From: an uncultured Burkholderiales bacterium
Lineage (GTDB): Bacteria; Pseudomonadota; Gammaproteobacteria; Burkholderiales; Eutrophovitaceae
DNA length: 56,915 nt
Assembly: GCA_965661885.1 (NCBI GenBank)
Contig: CBFIFN010000001.1
Span: 1-56,915, forward strand
Direction: 5' to 3'
Shown: positions 27,561 through 37,220 of the stretch, piece by piece
How the letters are laid out: each line of letters starts with the position of its first letter
Numbering within the stretch: the first letter of the stretch is position 1
Notes under the pieces: generated by a model
What the model was told of the DNA's origin: nothing
Seen by the model: only the letters and a program-made list of their open reading frames with translations
The model's database searches: none
Program-made: the position numbers and the translations under genes

Positions 27561-28457
27561 ATGCAGTTTCATCTGAGAGCGGTAAATAGAGCAACAATCT
27601 GGCCAACAAAAGCCATGAGCATCTGCCTGGCTGGGTCTCTTGTAATCCATTTATTATTGATGACCCTTCATTTTTCTCAAATACAAGTTGAATCCCGAAG
27701 AGCCGCCACTGATTTAGATGTCGTGCTTGTTAATAGCCATACGATTAGGCAGGTGAACGTGGTGGATGCATTAGCGCAAGTAAATCTGCAAGGTGGCGGT
27801 AACACGGCGGCTAAGGTTGTTGCAACCAGTAATACGAAGGCCAATGAGATAGCCTCAATAGAGCGCAGCGTTAATTTAGCTCAACGGCAGGTTGAGGACC
27901 TTGAGCGTTCTGTCAAAGAACTTTTAATCATTAGTCAGGAAAATGAAGAACTTCAGTCAAATTTACGCAACTTTGTCTCGGATCAAAAAAAGAATACAGA
28001 ATCAGATGATGCGATTGATTTACCAGAGAAGAAATCTATTAATGATTTACGGGCGAAAATAGATAAAGATTGGATGAGTTATCAGGAGCGGCCGAGGCGA
28101 AAGTTTATTGGTGCAAATGTGAAGCAGGCCGAATTTGCAAGATATGTTGAGAGATGGAGACAGCGTGTAGAGGATTTTGGTAGCCGATTTTATTCTAGGG
28201 ACGCGGTAGATCTTAATTTCGAGGGGGTTATGATCGTTACTGTTTCAATAAGGTCTGACGGATATGTCGAACAAATAGTCATTGATCGCTCGTCAGGTTC
28301 AGATGCTCTCGACAGAGCCGCAGTGGATATTGTGCAAAAATCTGCACCGTTTGACGCCTTTGGTCCCAAGCTGCGCTCCGCGTTCGATGTTCTCACCATA
28401 ACTCGAAGATGGTCGTTCAGAAGAAATGACCTAGATTTGATAATAGAGGGAAATTAA
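27561..28457 (+). CDS. TonB C-terminal-domain protein with one N-terminal TM helix and a coiled-coil linker (the alternative start ATG 27615 is possible)
   Basis: TM segment 'ICLAGSLVIHLLLMTL'. The C-terminus 'GVMIVTVSIRSDGYVEQIVIDRSSGSDALDRAAVDIVQKSAPF' is a TonB_C-type fold. No Pro-rich spacer is visible. Confidence 0.6.
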   Translation: MQFHLRAVNRATIWPTKAMSICLAGSLVIHLLLMTLHFSQIQVESRRAATDLDVVLVNSHTIRQVNVVDALAQVNLQGGGNTAAKVVATSNTKANEIASIERSVNLAQRQVEDLERSVKELLIISQENEELQSNLRNFVSDQKKNTESDDAIDLPEKKSINDLRAKIDKDWMSYQERPRRKFIGANVKQAEFARYVERWRQRVEDFGSRFYSRDAVDLNFEGVMIVTVSIRSDGYVEQIVIDRSSGSDALDRAAVDIVQKSAPFDAFGPKLRSAFDVLTITRRWSFRRNDLDLIIEGN

Positions 28458-29294
28458 ATGGAAGCAATAGATCAGTATGTTGTTATTGGTAACCCTATTG
28501 AACATAGTAAATCCCCAAAAATTCACACTATGTTCGCAGAGCAAACCGGGGAGAATATAGCCTATAAAAAATTATTCTGTCCGATAAACGATTTTTCGAG
28601 AGTGGTTTCCCAATTTTTTGCTGCGGGGGGCTGCGGAGCTAATGTAACGGTCCCATTTAAGCTCGAAGCAAATAGCTTTGCACATCGACAATCGTCTCGC
28701 GCGGAACATGCCGGAGCGGCCAACACACTAATTAATCGAGATGGAGTTATATCGGCTGAAAATACCGATGGAATCGGCTTGGTGCGTGATATCACTAATA
28801 ATTTGGGTTTTTCTCTTGCGGGTAAATCAATCCTAATTGTTGGGTCGGGCGGAGCGGCGCGCGGCGTCTTATTGCCATTACTGATGCAGGGACCAAAATC
28901 GATGAAAGTGGTTAATCGTACCGAGGAAAAAGCGCACGAATTAATACGTTCAGTCACCGATGAAACTATTAGTTCATCAATTACGATTTCCTCGGGAGGC
29001 TTAACTGACCTTGATGATGGCGTATTTGACTTAGTGTTAAATGCCACGTCCAGCAGTTTGAGTGACGAATTGTTTCCGATCGGCACTCACGTCCTCGGCC
29101 TTAACGCGCTTGCCTATGACATGATGTACGGAACAGAGGGGAGCTCTTTCAGCGAATGGGCACTTCAAGCTAAAGCCGGCCAAATCGCTGATGGTTTGGG
29201 TATGCTGGTTGAGCAGGCAGCAGAGTCCTTTTTTATGTGGCGTGGCAAGCGGCCCGAGACTAAGCCAGTGATGGAGGCCTTGCGGGCCACATGA
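28458..29294 (+). CDS. aroE: Shikimate dehydrogenase
   Basis: 'VIGNPIEHSKSPKIH', 'GANVTVPFK', 'NTDGIG' and 'GSGGAARG'. Confidence 0.9.
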   Translation: MEAIDQYVVIGNPIEHSKSPKIHTMFAEQTGENIAYKKLFCPINDFSRVVSQFFAAGGCGANVTVPFKLEANSFAHRQSSRAEHAGAANTLINRDGVISAENTDGIGLVRDITNNLGFSLAGKSILIVGSGGAARGVLLPLLMQGPKSMKVVNRTEEKAHELIRSVTDETISSSITISSGGLTDLDDGVFDLVLNATSSSLSDELFPIGTHVLGLNALAYDMMYGTEGSSFSEWALQAKAGQIADGLGMLVEQAAESFFMWRGKRPETKPVMEALRAT

Positions 29295-29977
29295 GGAGTC
29301 GATCAGCGCTGGCCTGGCGGTGTATTGGATTTCTCGGTCTTTTAATATTAGTTTATGAATTGTCGTTCGCTGGCCGCATTATGATATTTAGCTGGGTAGA
29401 GCCGAAAAATTCCTCATTCATGAGGGCTTATCGCGAACAAACCAATACTGTCCCGTCCTATCTCTGGGTTGATTACAAGGACATCTCATCGCAGGTTAAA
29501 AGAGCGGTAATTGCTTCAGAGGATACAAAATTCTTGCACCACCGAGGATTCGATTGGACTTCTCTTCGCTATGCCGCCGCGCAAAACGTGAAAGAAGGAA
29601 AAATTGTTTCCGGAGGATCTACCATTACCCAGCAGCTCGCGAAGAATTTATTTTTATCTCCAAGTCGATCCGTCTGGAGAAAGGTACAGGAATCGATGAT
29701 CACTATCATGTTGGAAACAATATTATCGAAAAAAAGGATTCTTGAAATTTATCTAAATGTTATTGAGTGGGGGCGGGGTATTTATGGTGTTGAAGCAGCA
29801 GCAAAGCATTATTTTAATCAAAATGCTGACAATTTAAGTGAGTTTCAGGCAGCGCAATTAGCGACTTATATTCCTGCTCCCAGGCGATTCGATCTTGGTG
29901 GTGATACGGAGCGATCGCTTAAAAAATTAAAGATTATTCGTGGCAGAATGGCGAACGTGAACATACCTCATGATTAA
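29291..29977 (+). CDS. mtgA: Monofunctional biosynthetic peptidoglycan transglycosylase
   Basis: 'ASEDTKFLHHRGFD', 'GGSTITQQLAKNLFL' and 'RILEIYLNVIEWG' (GT51 motifs). The ATGA overlaps the aroE stop. Confidence 0.9.
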   Translation: MRSRSALAWRCIGFLGLLILVYELSFAGRIMIFSWVEPKNSSFMRAYREQTNTVPSYLWVDYKDISSQVKRAVIASEDTKFLHHRGFDWTSLRYAAAQNVKEGKIVSGGSTITQQLAKNLFLSPSRSVWRKVQESMITIMLETILSKKRILEIYLNVIEWGRGIYGVEAAAKHYFNQNADNLSEFQAAQLATYIPAPRRFDLGGDTERSLKKLKIIRGRMANVNIPHD

Positions 29978-29987
29978 TGCATAAATA

Positions 29988-30770
29988 ATGTTATATCACC
30001 CAGAGTTCGATCCAATCCTATTGCAAGTAGGCCCTCTCGCGGTGCGATGGTATGGCTTGATGTATCTGATCGGTTTCGGACTAGGTCTAACGCTAGGGCG
30101 CGTACGAATAAGAGCTAACCAGAGCTCCCCTCTCTCAATTCGGCAGTTTGATGATTTGCTTTTCTACATCATTCTAGGAGTCATTTTTGGGGGACGTTTA
30201 GGGTATTCAATTTTTTACGATTTAACGAATGTAATTCGATCGCCGATATCGGTATTTTATGTTTGGGAAGGTGGGATGTCGTTCCATGGAGGGTTAATCG
30301 GTGTGTGTGTTGCTGTGGCAATGTATGCTCGGCAAAAAAAACAAAATTGGTTAGTTTTAACGGACTTTATCGCGCCGTTAGTCCCGTTGGGTCTGGCTGC
30401 GGGGCGCGTAGGTAATTTCATTAATGGTGAGCTATGGGGTCGACCCACAGATATGCCTTGGGCTATGGTTTTCCCACAATCCGGGACACTTGTCGGTAGA
30501 CACCCGTCCCAGTTGTATGAATTTTTTCTTGAGGGACTCGTTTTATTCGTAATTCTTTGGGTCTCTTCACGAAAAAAAACCTCGGTAGGTGTAACATCCG
30601 GCTTGTTTTTGGTGTTTTATGGTTTATTTAGGTTTGTTATCGAATTTATGAGAGAGCCTGATGCGCATTTAGGCATATTGCCGTCTGGATTGTCGATGGG
30701 ACAATGGCTATGCGTACCAATGTTATTAATTGGTTTATTTTTGTTTTTCCGGTTAAAGAAAGTAGAGTAA
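29988..30770 (+). CDS. lgt: Prolipoprotein diacylglyceryl transferase
   Basis: 'VRWYGLMYLIGF', 'GRLGY', 'GGMSFHGGLIG', 'GRVGNFINGELWGRPT' and 'HPSQLYE'. Confidence 0.9.
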   Translation: MLYHPEFDPILLQVGPLAVRWYGLMYLIGFGLGLTLGRVRIRANQSSPLSIRQFDDLLFYIILGVIFGGRLGYSIFYDLTNVIRSPISVFYVWEGGMSFHGGLIGVCVAVAMYARQKKQNWLVLTDFIAPLVPLGLAAGRVGNFINGELWGRPTDMPWAMVFPQSGTLVGRHPSQLYEFFLEGLVLFVILWVSSRKKTSVGVTSGLFLVFYGLFRFVIEFMREPDAHLGILPSGLSMGQWLCVPMLLIGLFLFFRLKKVE

Positions 30771-30835
30771 AGATTAACAAAAGGGTCGATACGCTTGGCT
30801 GCTGAAGCTGGTAATGAATAGAGGATATATAAATA

Positions 30836-31711
30836 ATGGTTGATACAGTAATTGGGATTATCGGTGGTAGTGGTGTTTACGATATAAAGGGACTGGAAAA
30901 TAAGGTGTGGACTCACGTTGACAGCCCATTTGGAAAACCTTCCGACGATTTTTTAGTGGGTGATTTTGAGGATAAAAAAATAGTTTTTCTACCTCGCCAC
31001 GGGAGGGGGCACGTAGTGTCCCCAACTCAGGTGAACTACAGAGCGAATATTGACGGAATGAAACGCCTAGGTGTTACAGAATTGATTTCAGTGAGTGCCG
31101 TGGGTTCATTACGAGAAGATCTTGTACCGGGAACGTTCGTGATTGTAGATCAGTTTATTGATCGAACGTTTGCTCGAGAAAAATCGTTTTTTGGGACTGG
31201 TTTAGTCGCTCATGTCTCGGTTGCGCATCCGGTATGTTCACGTTTAGGCGACCATATAGAGGCAACATTGGAAACGACTGATATTGAGTACTCGCGCGGT
31301 GGCACGTATCTAGTAATGGAAGGGCCGCAATTTTCTACTTTAGCTGAGTCGAAACTATACCGGCAGTGGGGTTGTGATGTGATCGGAATGACGAATATGC
31401 CAGAGGCAAAGTTAGCTCGTGAAGCAGAAATTTGTTATGCGAGCGTTGCCATGGTTACAGATTTTGATTGCTGGCACCCTGAGCATGAGGACGTCTCAGT
31501 TGAACAGGTGATAAAAGTTTTAGTTGGGAACGCGGAAAAAGCGAAGACCTTGATTGGTCAAGTCGCTCCACGGATTCATGGAGACGAAAGCGGGTCAACT
31601 TGCAGTTGTAAACAAGCGTTGGAATTCGCGTTGATTACACCCTCCGATGCACGGGACTCCGATATGACCGATAAGCTCGATGCTGTTGCCGGTCGGTTAT
31701 TACAGTCTTAA
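30836..31711 (+). CDS. mtnP: S-methyl-5'-thioadenosine phosphorylase
   Basis: 'IGIIGGSG', 'FLPRHGRGH', 'NYRANI' and 'VIGMTNMPEAKLAREAEICYA' are typical of MTAP. Confidence 0.85.
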   Translation: MVDTVIGIIGGSGVYDIKGLENKVWTHVDSPFGKPSDDFLVGDFEDKKIVFLPRHGRGHVVSPTQVNYRANIDGMKRLGVTELISVSAVGSLREDLVPGTFVIVDQFIDRTFAREKSFFGTGLVAHVSVAHPVCSRLGDHIEATLETTDIEYSRGGTYLVMEGPQFSTLAESKLYRQWGCDVIGMTNMPEAKLAREAEICYASVAMVTDFDCWHPEHEDVSVEQVIKVLVGNAEKAKTLIGQVAPRIHGDESGSTCSCKQALEFALITPSDARDSDMTDKLDAVAGRLLQS

Positions 31712-31775
31712 TTACTGTCTTGAGACGTTGGGCAGCAAATTTGTAAAATTATAGATTGATAGCAGAGGTAGAGAT

Positions 31776-32303
31776 ATGAACATAACTGATATGATAAGAA
31801 CCATTCCAGATTATCCTAAACCTGGAATCATGTTCCGTGACATCACTACGCTGCTAAGTCATCCAGAGGGTTTTAGCTATACCATCCAACTGTTAGTGGA
31901 TCGCTATTCTCAATATGAGTTTGATTTTGTCGCGGGGATTGAGGCACGAGGATTTATACTAGGGGCGCCACTTGCGGCAAATTTGGGAAAAGGGTTCATT
32001 CCCATCAGAAAAAGTGGCAAGCTTCCTGGCCCAACAATCTCCCAAAGTTATGATTTGGAATACGGGACAGATCAAATTGAAATTCATGAAGACGCGTTCG
32101 CAAGTGGCTCAAAAATATTATTAGTGGACGATTTAATTGCCACGGGTGGTACGGCAGCAGCAGCGATTCAATTAATCGAACGTAGCGGCGGCAATGTCGT
32201 TGAGTGTTGTTTTGTCATTGACTTGCCAGATTTAGGGGGTGCGAAAAAACTTGGGGCAACGGGGAATAGGGTATTTTCCATTGTCGGATACGATGGTGAT
32301 TAA
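31776..32303 (+). CDS. apt: Adenine phosphoribosyltransferase
   Basis: 'IPDYPKPGIMFRDIT', 'GIEARGF' and the PRPP motif 'ILLVDDLIATGGTA'. Confidence 0.9.
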   Translation: MNITDMIRTIPDYPKPGIMFRDITTLLSHPEGFSYTIQLLVDRYSQYEFDFVAGIEARGFILGAPLAANLGKGFIPIRKSGKLPGPTISQSYDLEYGTDQIEIHEDAFASGSKILLVDDLIATGGTAAAAIQLIERSGGNVVECCFVIDLPDLGGAKKLGATGNRVFSIVGYDGD

Positions 32304-32318
32304 CTCAGAGATTGTGGA

Positions 32319-33353
32319 ATGACTGTCGAAACGTTACGGTGGCGTAATAATCAGCTCGAGTTGATTGATCAACGACGTTTACCGGCGTCCATCGATTATG
32401 TGTCCTGCTCCGATGCGGAGACCGTGGCGCAAGGCATCCGACAAATGGTAGTTCGAGGGGCACCGGCAATAGGTGTTGCGGCAGCCTACGGCATGGCGTT
32501 AGAAGCGCAAAAATGTATTCCATTATCCCGTGAGGCGTTTGATGCTCGCATGATAAGTGCGTTCGAGACTTTAGCTGCGAGTCGACCGACAGCAGTTAAT
32601 TTATTTTGGGCTTTAAACCGAATGCGCGGCCGACTCACCAACGCGTCTAAAAAAGAAAACTCCAGGATCGCTAAATTGTTACTTGATGAGGCCAATGCGA
32701 TTTATCATGAAGATATCGAGATCAATAAAAAGATGGGTGCGCTTGGCGCATCCATTTTAGATGACGGCATGCGCGTTTTAACGCATTGTAATGCCGGAGC
32801 GCTTGCTACTGCCGGGCATGGGACTGCGCTTGGGGTTATTCGGTCCGCGGTGAGCGCAGGTAAAACGATAAGTGTTCTTGCTGATGAGACACGACCATTT
32901 TTACAAGGTGCGCGTTTAACAGCATGGGAATTGTCTGAAGACGGTATTGATACCACATTAATAACAGATAATATGGCGGGTCACCTCATGAAAAGTGGTG
33001 AAATTGACGCGATTATTGTGGGCACGGACCGTGTCGCAGCCAACGGAGATGTAGCGAATAAAATTGGTACTTATATGGTCGCTGTTCTCGCGAAAGAACA
33101 CGATATTCCATTTTATGTGGCGTGTCCCTTATCCACAATAGACTTATCTCTAGCCAGCGGCGATGATATCCCGATTGAAGAGCGGTCTCCAGATGAGGTT
33201 ACAGGATATGGCGGAGTTCGATGGGCGCCTGCAAATATCAAAGTTAGAAACCCATCTTTCGATGTAACGCCCGCTGGTTTTGTCACAGCGATAATCACTG
33301 AAGAGGGCCTCGTTTACGCGCCGACTGAAGAAAAACTAAAGGCGTTATTTTAG
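32319..33353 (+). CDS. mtnA: S-methyl-5-thioribose-1-phosphate isomerase
   Basis: 'LELIDQRRLP', 'MVVRGAPAIGVAAAYG', 'RPTAVNL', 'THCNAGALAT', 'ADETRPFLQGARLTAWEL' and 'GTDRVAANGDVANKIGTY'. Confidence 0.85.
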   Translation: MTVETLRWRNNQLELIDQRRLPASIDYVSCSDAETVAQGIRQMVVRGAPAIGVAAAYGMALEAQKCIPLSREAFDARMISAFETLAASRPTAVNLFWALNRMRGRLTNASKKENSRIAKLLLDEANAIYHEDIEINKKMGALGASILDDGMRVLTHCNAGALATAGHGTALGVIRSAVSAGKTISVLADETRPFLQGARLTAWELSEDGIDTTLITDNMAGHLMKSGEIDAIIVGTDRVAANGDVANKIGTYMVAVLAKEHDIPFYVACPLSTIDLSLASGDDIPIEERSPDEVTGYGGVRWAPANIKVRNPSFDVTPAGFVTAIITEEGLVYAPTEEKLKALF

Positions 33354-33395
33354 GCATTTTTTGTTTCAAGTATTCGTTTAAAGGAGATTGAGAGT

Positions 33396-34139
33396 ATGAC
33401 GCAACGGTTTAAAGATAAAGTGGTGCTGATCTCAGGTGCGGGGCAAGGAATTGGGTTAGCTACGGCAAAAAGAATGTCGAGCGAGGGCGCGACAGTCATC
33501 GCAGGAATACTCGATGACTCTCAGGCCGAGGCCGTAAAAGATTATGACTCAGTGAGGCTGAATGTCAGATACGAGGAATCCTGGGAAGCAACGATGGACT
33601 CTTTGATGAAGTCCCATGGTGGTCTAGACGTGTTGATAAACAATGCTGGCATTTCGCCTCAAGCGACGGCAGAGGAAACGACGCGTGAGTTTTGGGATGA
33701 AGTAATGGAAATCAATCTTCGGGGGAGTTTTTTGGGTTGTCAAAAAGCAATTCCCATCATGAGGAATAGGGGTGGTGGTGCGATTGTGAACTTGGCATCT
33801 ATTAATGGTATTCGCGGAAATCGACGACTAGTGGCTTACGCCGCGACGAAAGGTGCGATAGTGTCAATGACCATGGCTCTGGCTCTGGATCACAGCGAAG
33901 ATAACATTCGTGTGAATTGTATTTGCCCGGCGACTATTGATACTGCGATGCCAAGAGGCATGATAGCGGAAGCTCCTGACCCCGAGTTGCTTCAACAACA
34001 GATGATTGAAAAGCATCCAATTGGCCGTATTGGTCAGCCAGAGGAGGTTGCCTCTACAGTAGCCTTTCTAGCAAGTGATGACGCCTCGTTTATGACGGGC
34101 TTGGCAATTCCTGTAGATGGTGGCCGAAGTATTCGGTGA
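33396..34139 (+). CDS. SDR family oxidoreductase (FabG-like), probably co-transcribed with mtnA
   Basis: 'VVLISGAGQGIG', 'NNAG', the catalytic 'YAATKGA' and 'PIGRIGQPEEVA'. A strong Shine-Dalgarno (AAAGGAG) sits 42 nt after the mtnA stop. Confidence 0.8.
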   Translation: MTQRFKDKVVLISGAGQGIGLATAKRMSSEGATVIAGILDDSQAEAVKDYDSVRLNVRYEESWEATMDSLMKSHGGLDVLINNAGISPQATAEETTREFWDEVMEINLRGSFLGCQKAIPIMRNRGGGAIVNLASINGIRGNRRLVAYAATKGAIVSMTMALALDHSEDNIRVNCICPATIDTAMPRGMIAEAPDPELLQQQMIEKHPIGRIGQPEEVASTVAFLASDDASFMTGLAIPVDGGRSIR

Positions 34140-34152
34140 TCACTTGGGACGT

Positions 34153-34401
34153 CTAGCCAGCGCCGATGGGTGGAATGAGGTGAATGTCACTGTGTTCCCC
34201 GATAGGAGCAAACAGAATATCTTGATAGATTTCACCGTCAATTGCCACAGCGAAACCTTCAGATTCGATCAGTGGTGCTAAAGCAGGACATATTTGTTTA
34301 AGCTCCTTTACCAACTGGTGCACGCTTCTCGCCTGGATATTAAATTCAGACACACCACCAGCCAGATTCTTTAGAGAACCGGTGAGGATAAGTTGTGCCA
34401 T
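34153..34401 (-). CDS. MoaD/ThiS-family beta-grasp (ubiquitin-like) small protein with a C-terminal ...PPIGAG
   Basis: 82 aa. By-eye alignment to E. coli MoaD: 'GDEVAFFPPVTGG' against 'HSDIHLIPPIGAG'. It starts 14 nt after the stop of the Mo-hydroxylase large subunit. Confidence 0.6.
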   Translation of the reverse strand: MAQLILTGSLKNLAGGVSEFNIQARSVHQLVKELKQICPALAPLIESEGFAVAIDGEIYQDILFAPIGEHSDIHLIPPIGAG

Positions 34402-34415
34402 GGGTGTCTTAACAT

Positions 34416-36689
34416 CTATCCATGCATCAGTTTCGCTAGGACTTTAGGTGGGGAGAGCGGTAATTCAGTGAAGCGTTTATTGGTTGCTCTTGATACCGCA
34501 TTTGAGATAGCTGCAAGTGGCGGAATGATCGGCGTTTCTCCTACACCACGAACGCCGTAGGGATGATTTGGGTTTGGCACTTCAACAATAACGGTGTCTA
34601 TCATTGGAACATCTGAACATACAGGGATACGGTAATCTAAAAACCCGGTGTTTTCTAGTTCTCCTTTATCGTTATAAATGTATTCTTCGTTTAGCGCCCA
34701 CCCGATTCCCTGAACGGCGCCTCCCTGGAGTTGTCCTTCAACGTACGCGGGGTGAATCGCCTTTCCTGCGTCTTGAATAGCAGTGTAACGAATGATGGAG
34801 ACTTGTCCGGTCTCTTCATCAACCTCAACGTCAACAATATGCGTTCCGAGACTTGGCCCAGCACCTGTTACGTTCATAGAGCAATTGGCCATGATCGGAC
34901 CGCCGGTCTTGCCTGCTTGTTTTGCGATTTGTGAGAGGCTCATTGTTTTAGGTTCATTTCCTGAAATTAAACGTGCATGACCATCTATCCATTCGACTTG
35001 TTCGAGGGTTACGTCCCAAAGTAATGCTGCTCGTTTTTTAAGTTCTTCGATTGCCTCTCTCGTAGATTCGACTACAGTCGTGCCTGTTGAAAATGTCGCT
35101 CGACTCCCGCCAGTCAGGAAGTTGAAACCAAGTGAGTTCGTATCGCCGATGACAGGCTTAATTTTTTCCATGGGAACACCGAGTTCTTCGGAAGCCATCA
35201 TTGCCATGGAGGCTCTTGAGCCTCCAATATCGGGTGTCCCTAGTGTCAGCCCAACTGTGCCGTCTTCGTTTATTGTAATGGACGAGCTAGTCTCGCCTCC
35301 GATATTGAACCAAAAACCTGAGGCCACACCTCGAGCTTGTTTTGGGCCAAGTGGCGCTGAATAATGTGGGTGTTTTTTTGCGGCCTCTAATGTTTCGATC
35401 ATTCCGATGGGCCCAAGTTTAGGTCCATAGGGAGCGATAGTCCCTTCTTTAGCTGCATTTTTGAGTCGCATATCAATAGGGTCTATTTTGAGTTTGATTG
35501 CAATTTCATCGATAACGCTTTCAACGCCATATTCGGAAATAGGACCGCCTGGTGCTCTATATGCGGCAACTTTTGGTCGATTAACTACAATGTCATAGCC
35601 TACTGCTCGAACATTTTTCATTTCATACGGAGCAAATGCGCACATGGCACCTGGTCCGACAGGTGCACCTTGAAAGGCGCCCGCTTGATATTTTAGGATG
35701 CAGTCGCCGGCCGTTATTTGGCCGTCATTTTTAACGCCAATTTTGACCCATATTTTTGCCCCAGACGTCGGCCCACTGGATGTAAAAACTTCTGCTCGAG
35801 TCATTTCCATCTTTACCGGACGACATGATTTTTTCGATAGTGCAAGTGCTAAAGGCTCGAGATAGACAACTGTTTTTCCACCGAATCCGCCGCCGATTTC
35901 TGACGCGGTTACCCGAATTTGTGCGGCGTTAAAGCCGAGAAGTTTCGAACAGAAATTTCTCACAATAAAAGGCCCTTGAGTGGTGCACCATAGTTCGGCT
36001 TGACCGTCTTCAGAGACACTCGCTAGGCAAGCATGTGGTTCGATATATCCTTGGTGTACCTGTTGGGTTGTAAATTCTCGTTCGACTATCAGGTCAGCCT
36101 CTGAAAATCCTTTTTCGACATCCCCAAAGCCAAATTCGACGCGTTTTGCCACGTTTGATGCTACTGTTGGCGTAGGCTCAACACCAATGGTCATCATGTC
36201 ATCGTGAAGCAATGTGGCGCCTGGTTTCTCTGCCTCTTCAACCTCTAAAACGTGAGGCAATACTTCATAATTAACCTCGATTAGAGCCAGCGCTTCTGCT
36301 GCGATACTTTCGTCTGTCGCTGCGACAGCGGCCACTGTGTGTCCAACATAAAGAACCTTCTCTCGCGCCATGACGTTACGAGTAATGTCTCTCATGTTCA
36401 CGACCATTTCCCCGGCAGGCACAAATTCTGACGGAAAGTCTTCAAAGTCTGCCGATGTAATGACTGCTTTCACCCCTTTCAGTGCTTCCGCTTTACTCAC
36501 ATCAATGGAGACAATTTTCGCGTGTGCATAAGGGCTTCTTAAAACCCTTCCGATCAGCATGTTAGGAAGTGATTTATCCGCGCCAAACAGAGCCCTCCCG
36601 GTGACCTTATCCACTCCGTCGGGTCTAGCTGGTCGTGTGCCAACAACCTTAAGCGCTCGCTCTAGGTTACTCTGAGTCATATCATTCAT
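34416..36689 (-). CDS. Xanthine dehydrogenase/aldehyde oxidase family molybdopterin-binding large subunit (CoxL-like, not the CODH type)
   Basis: 'GRPARPDGVDKVTGRALFGAD', 'GGGFGGK' and 'AAYRAPGGP'. A good Shine-Dalgarno (AAGAGG) lies 8 nt upstream. There is no 'AYxCSFR' loop. Confidence 0.85.
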   Translation of the reverse strand: MNDMTQSNLERALKVVGTRPARPDGVDKVTGRALFGADKSLPNMLIGRVLRSPYAHAKIVSIDVSKAEALKGVKAVITSADFEDFPSEFVPAGEMVVNMRDITRNVMAREKVLYVGHTVAAVAATDESIAAEALALIEVNYEVLPHVLEVEEAEKPGATLLHDDMMTIGVEPTPTVASNVAKRVEFGFGDVEKGFSEADLIVEREFTTQQVHQGYIEPHACLASVSEDGQAELWCTTQGPFIVRNFCSKLLGFNAAQIRVTASEIGGGFGGKTVVYLEPLALALSKKSCRPVKMEMTRAEVFTSSGPTSGAKIWVKIGVKNDGQITAGDCILKYQAGAFQGAPVGPGAMCAFAPYEMKNVRAVGYDIVVNRPKVAAYRAPGGPISEYGVESVIDEIAIKLKIDPIDMRLKNAAKEGTIAPYGPKLGPIGMIETLEAAKKHPHYSAPLGPKQARGVASGFWFNIGGETSSSITINEDGTVGLTLGTPDIGGSRASMAMMASEELGVPMEKIKPVIGDTNSLGFNFLTGGSRATFSTGTTVVESTREAIEELKKRAALLWDVTLEQVEWIDGHARLISGNEPKTMSLSQIAKQAGKTGGPIMANCSMNVTGAGPSLGTHIVDVEVDEETGQVSIIRYTAIQDAGKAIHPAYVEGQLQGGAVQGIGWALNEEYIYNDKGELENTGFLDYRIPVCSDVPMIDTVIVEVPNPNHPYGVRGVGETPIIPPLAAISNAVSRATNKRFTELPLSPPKVLAKLMHG

Positions 36690-36721
36690 GTCGTGTACCT
36701 CTTTCTCTAAAGTCTCAATCT

Positions 36722-37198
36722 TCAGGTATTTCTGGCTTCGGCTGCAACTTCAAGGACGGCCCTAACGATCTTATCGTAACCGGTACAACGACAAAGATTG
36801 CCTGCTAACCAAAATCGAACTTCTTCTTCCGTAGGATTTTTATTTTTTGCCAGAAGGGCTTTAGCAGCAACTAAAACGCCGGGCGTGCATATGCCGCATT
36901 GAAGCGCCGCAAGATCGATAAATTTTTGTTGCAAAGGATCCAAGGATGAGCCCGATGATAGACCCTCAATGGTTTCGATTTCTTTTCCATCTGTCTCGAC
37001 CCCGAGGACGAGGCAGGCGCACACGAGTCTACCGCCCATCATGACGCTACAGGCCCCGCAGTCGCCCGTAGCACACCCTTCTTTGCTCCCCTTTAAGTCT
37101 AACTCGTGCCGTAAAACATCAAGAAGAGTTTGTTGTGGATTGCAAAGAAATTCGTGGGTGTCCCCGTTGATCTGTGTTGAAACATGTATTTTTGACAT
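36722..37198 (-). CDS. (2Fe-2S)-binding small subunit of the Mo hydroxylase (CoxS-like)
   Basis: Two cluster motifs: 'CATGDCGACSV' and 'QCGICTPG...CRCTGY'. Confidence 0.9.
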   Translation of the reverse strand: MSKIHVSTQINGDTHEFLCNPQQTLLDVLRHELDLKGSKEGCATGDCGACSVMMGGRLVCACLVLGVETDGKEIETIEGLSSGSSLDPLQQKFIDLAALQCGICTPGVLVAAKALLAKNKNPTEEEVRFWLAGNLCRCTGYDKIVRAVLEVAAEARNT

Positions 37199-37220
37199 TT
37201 TTTATTTTTCAGTCGGTGTT

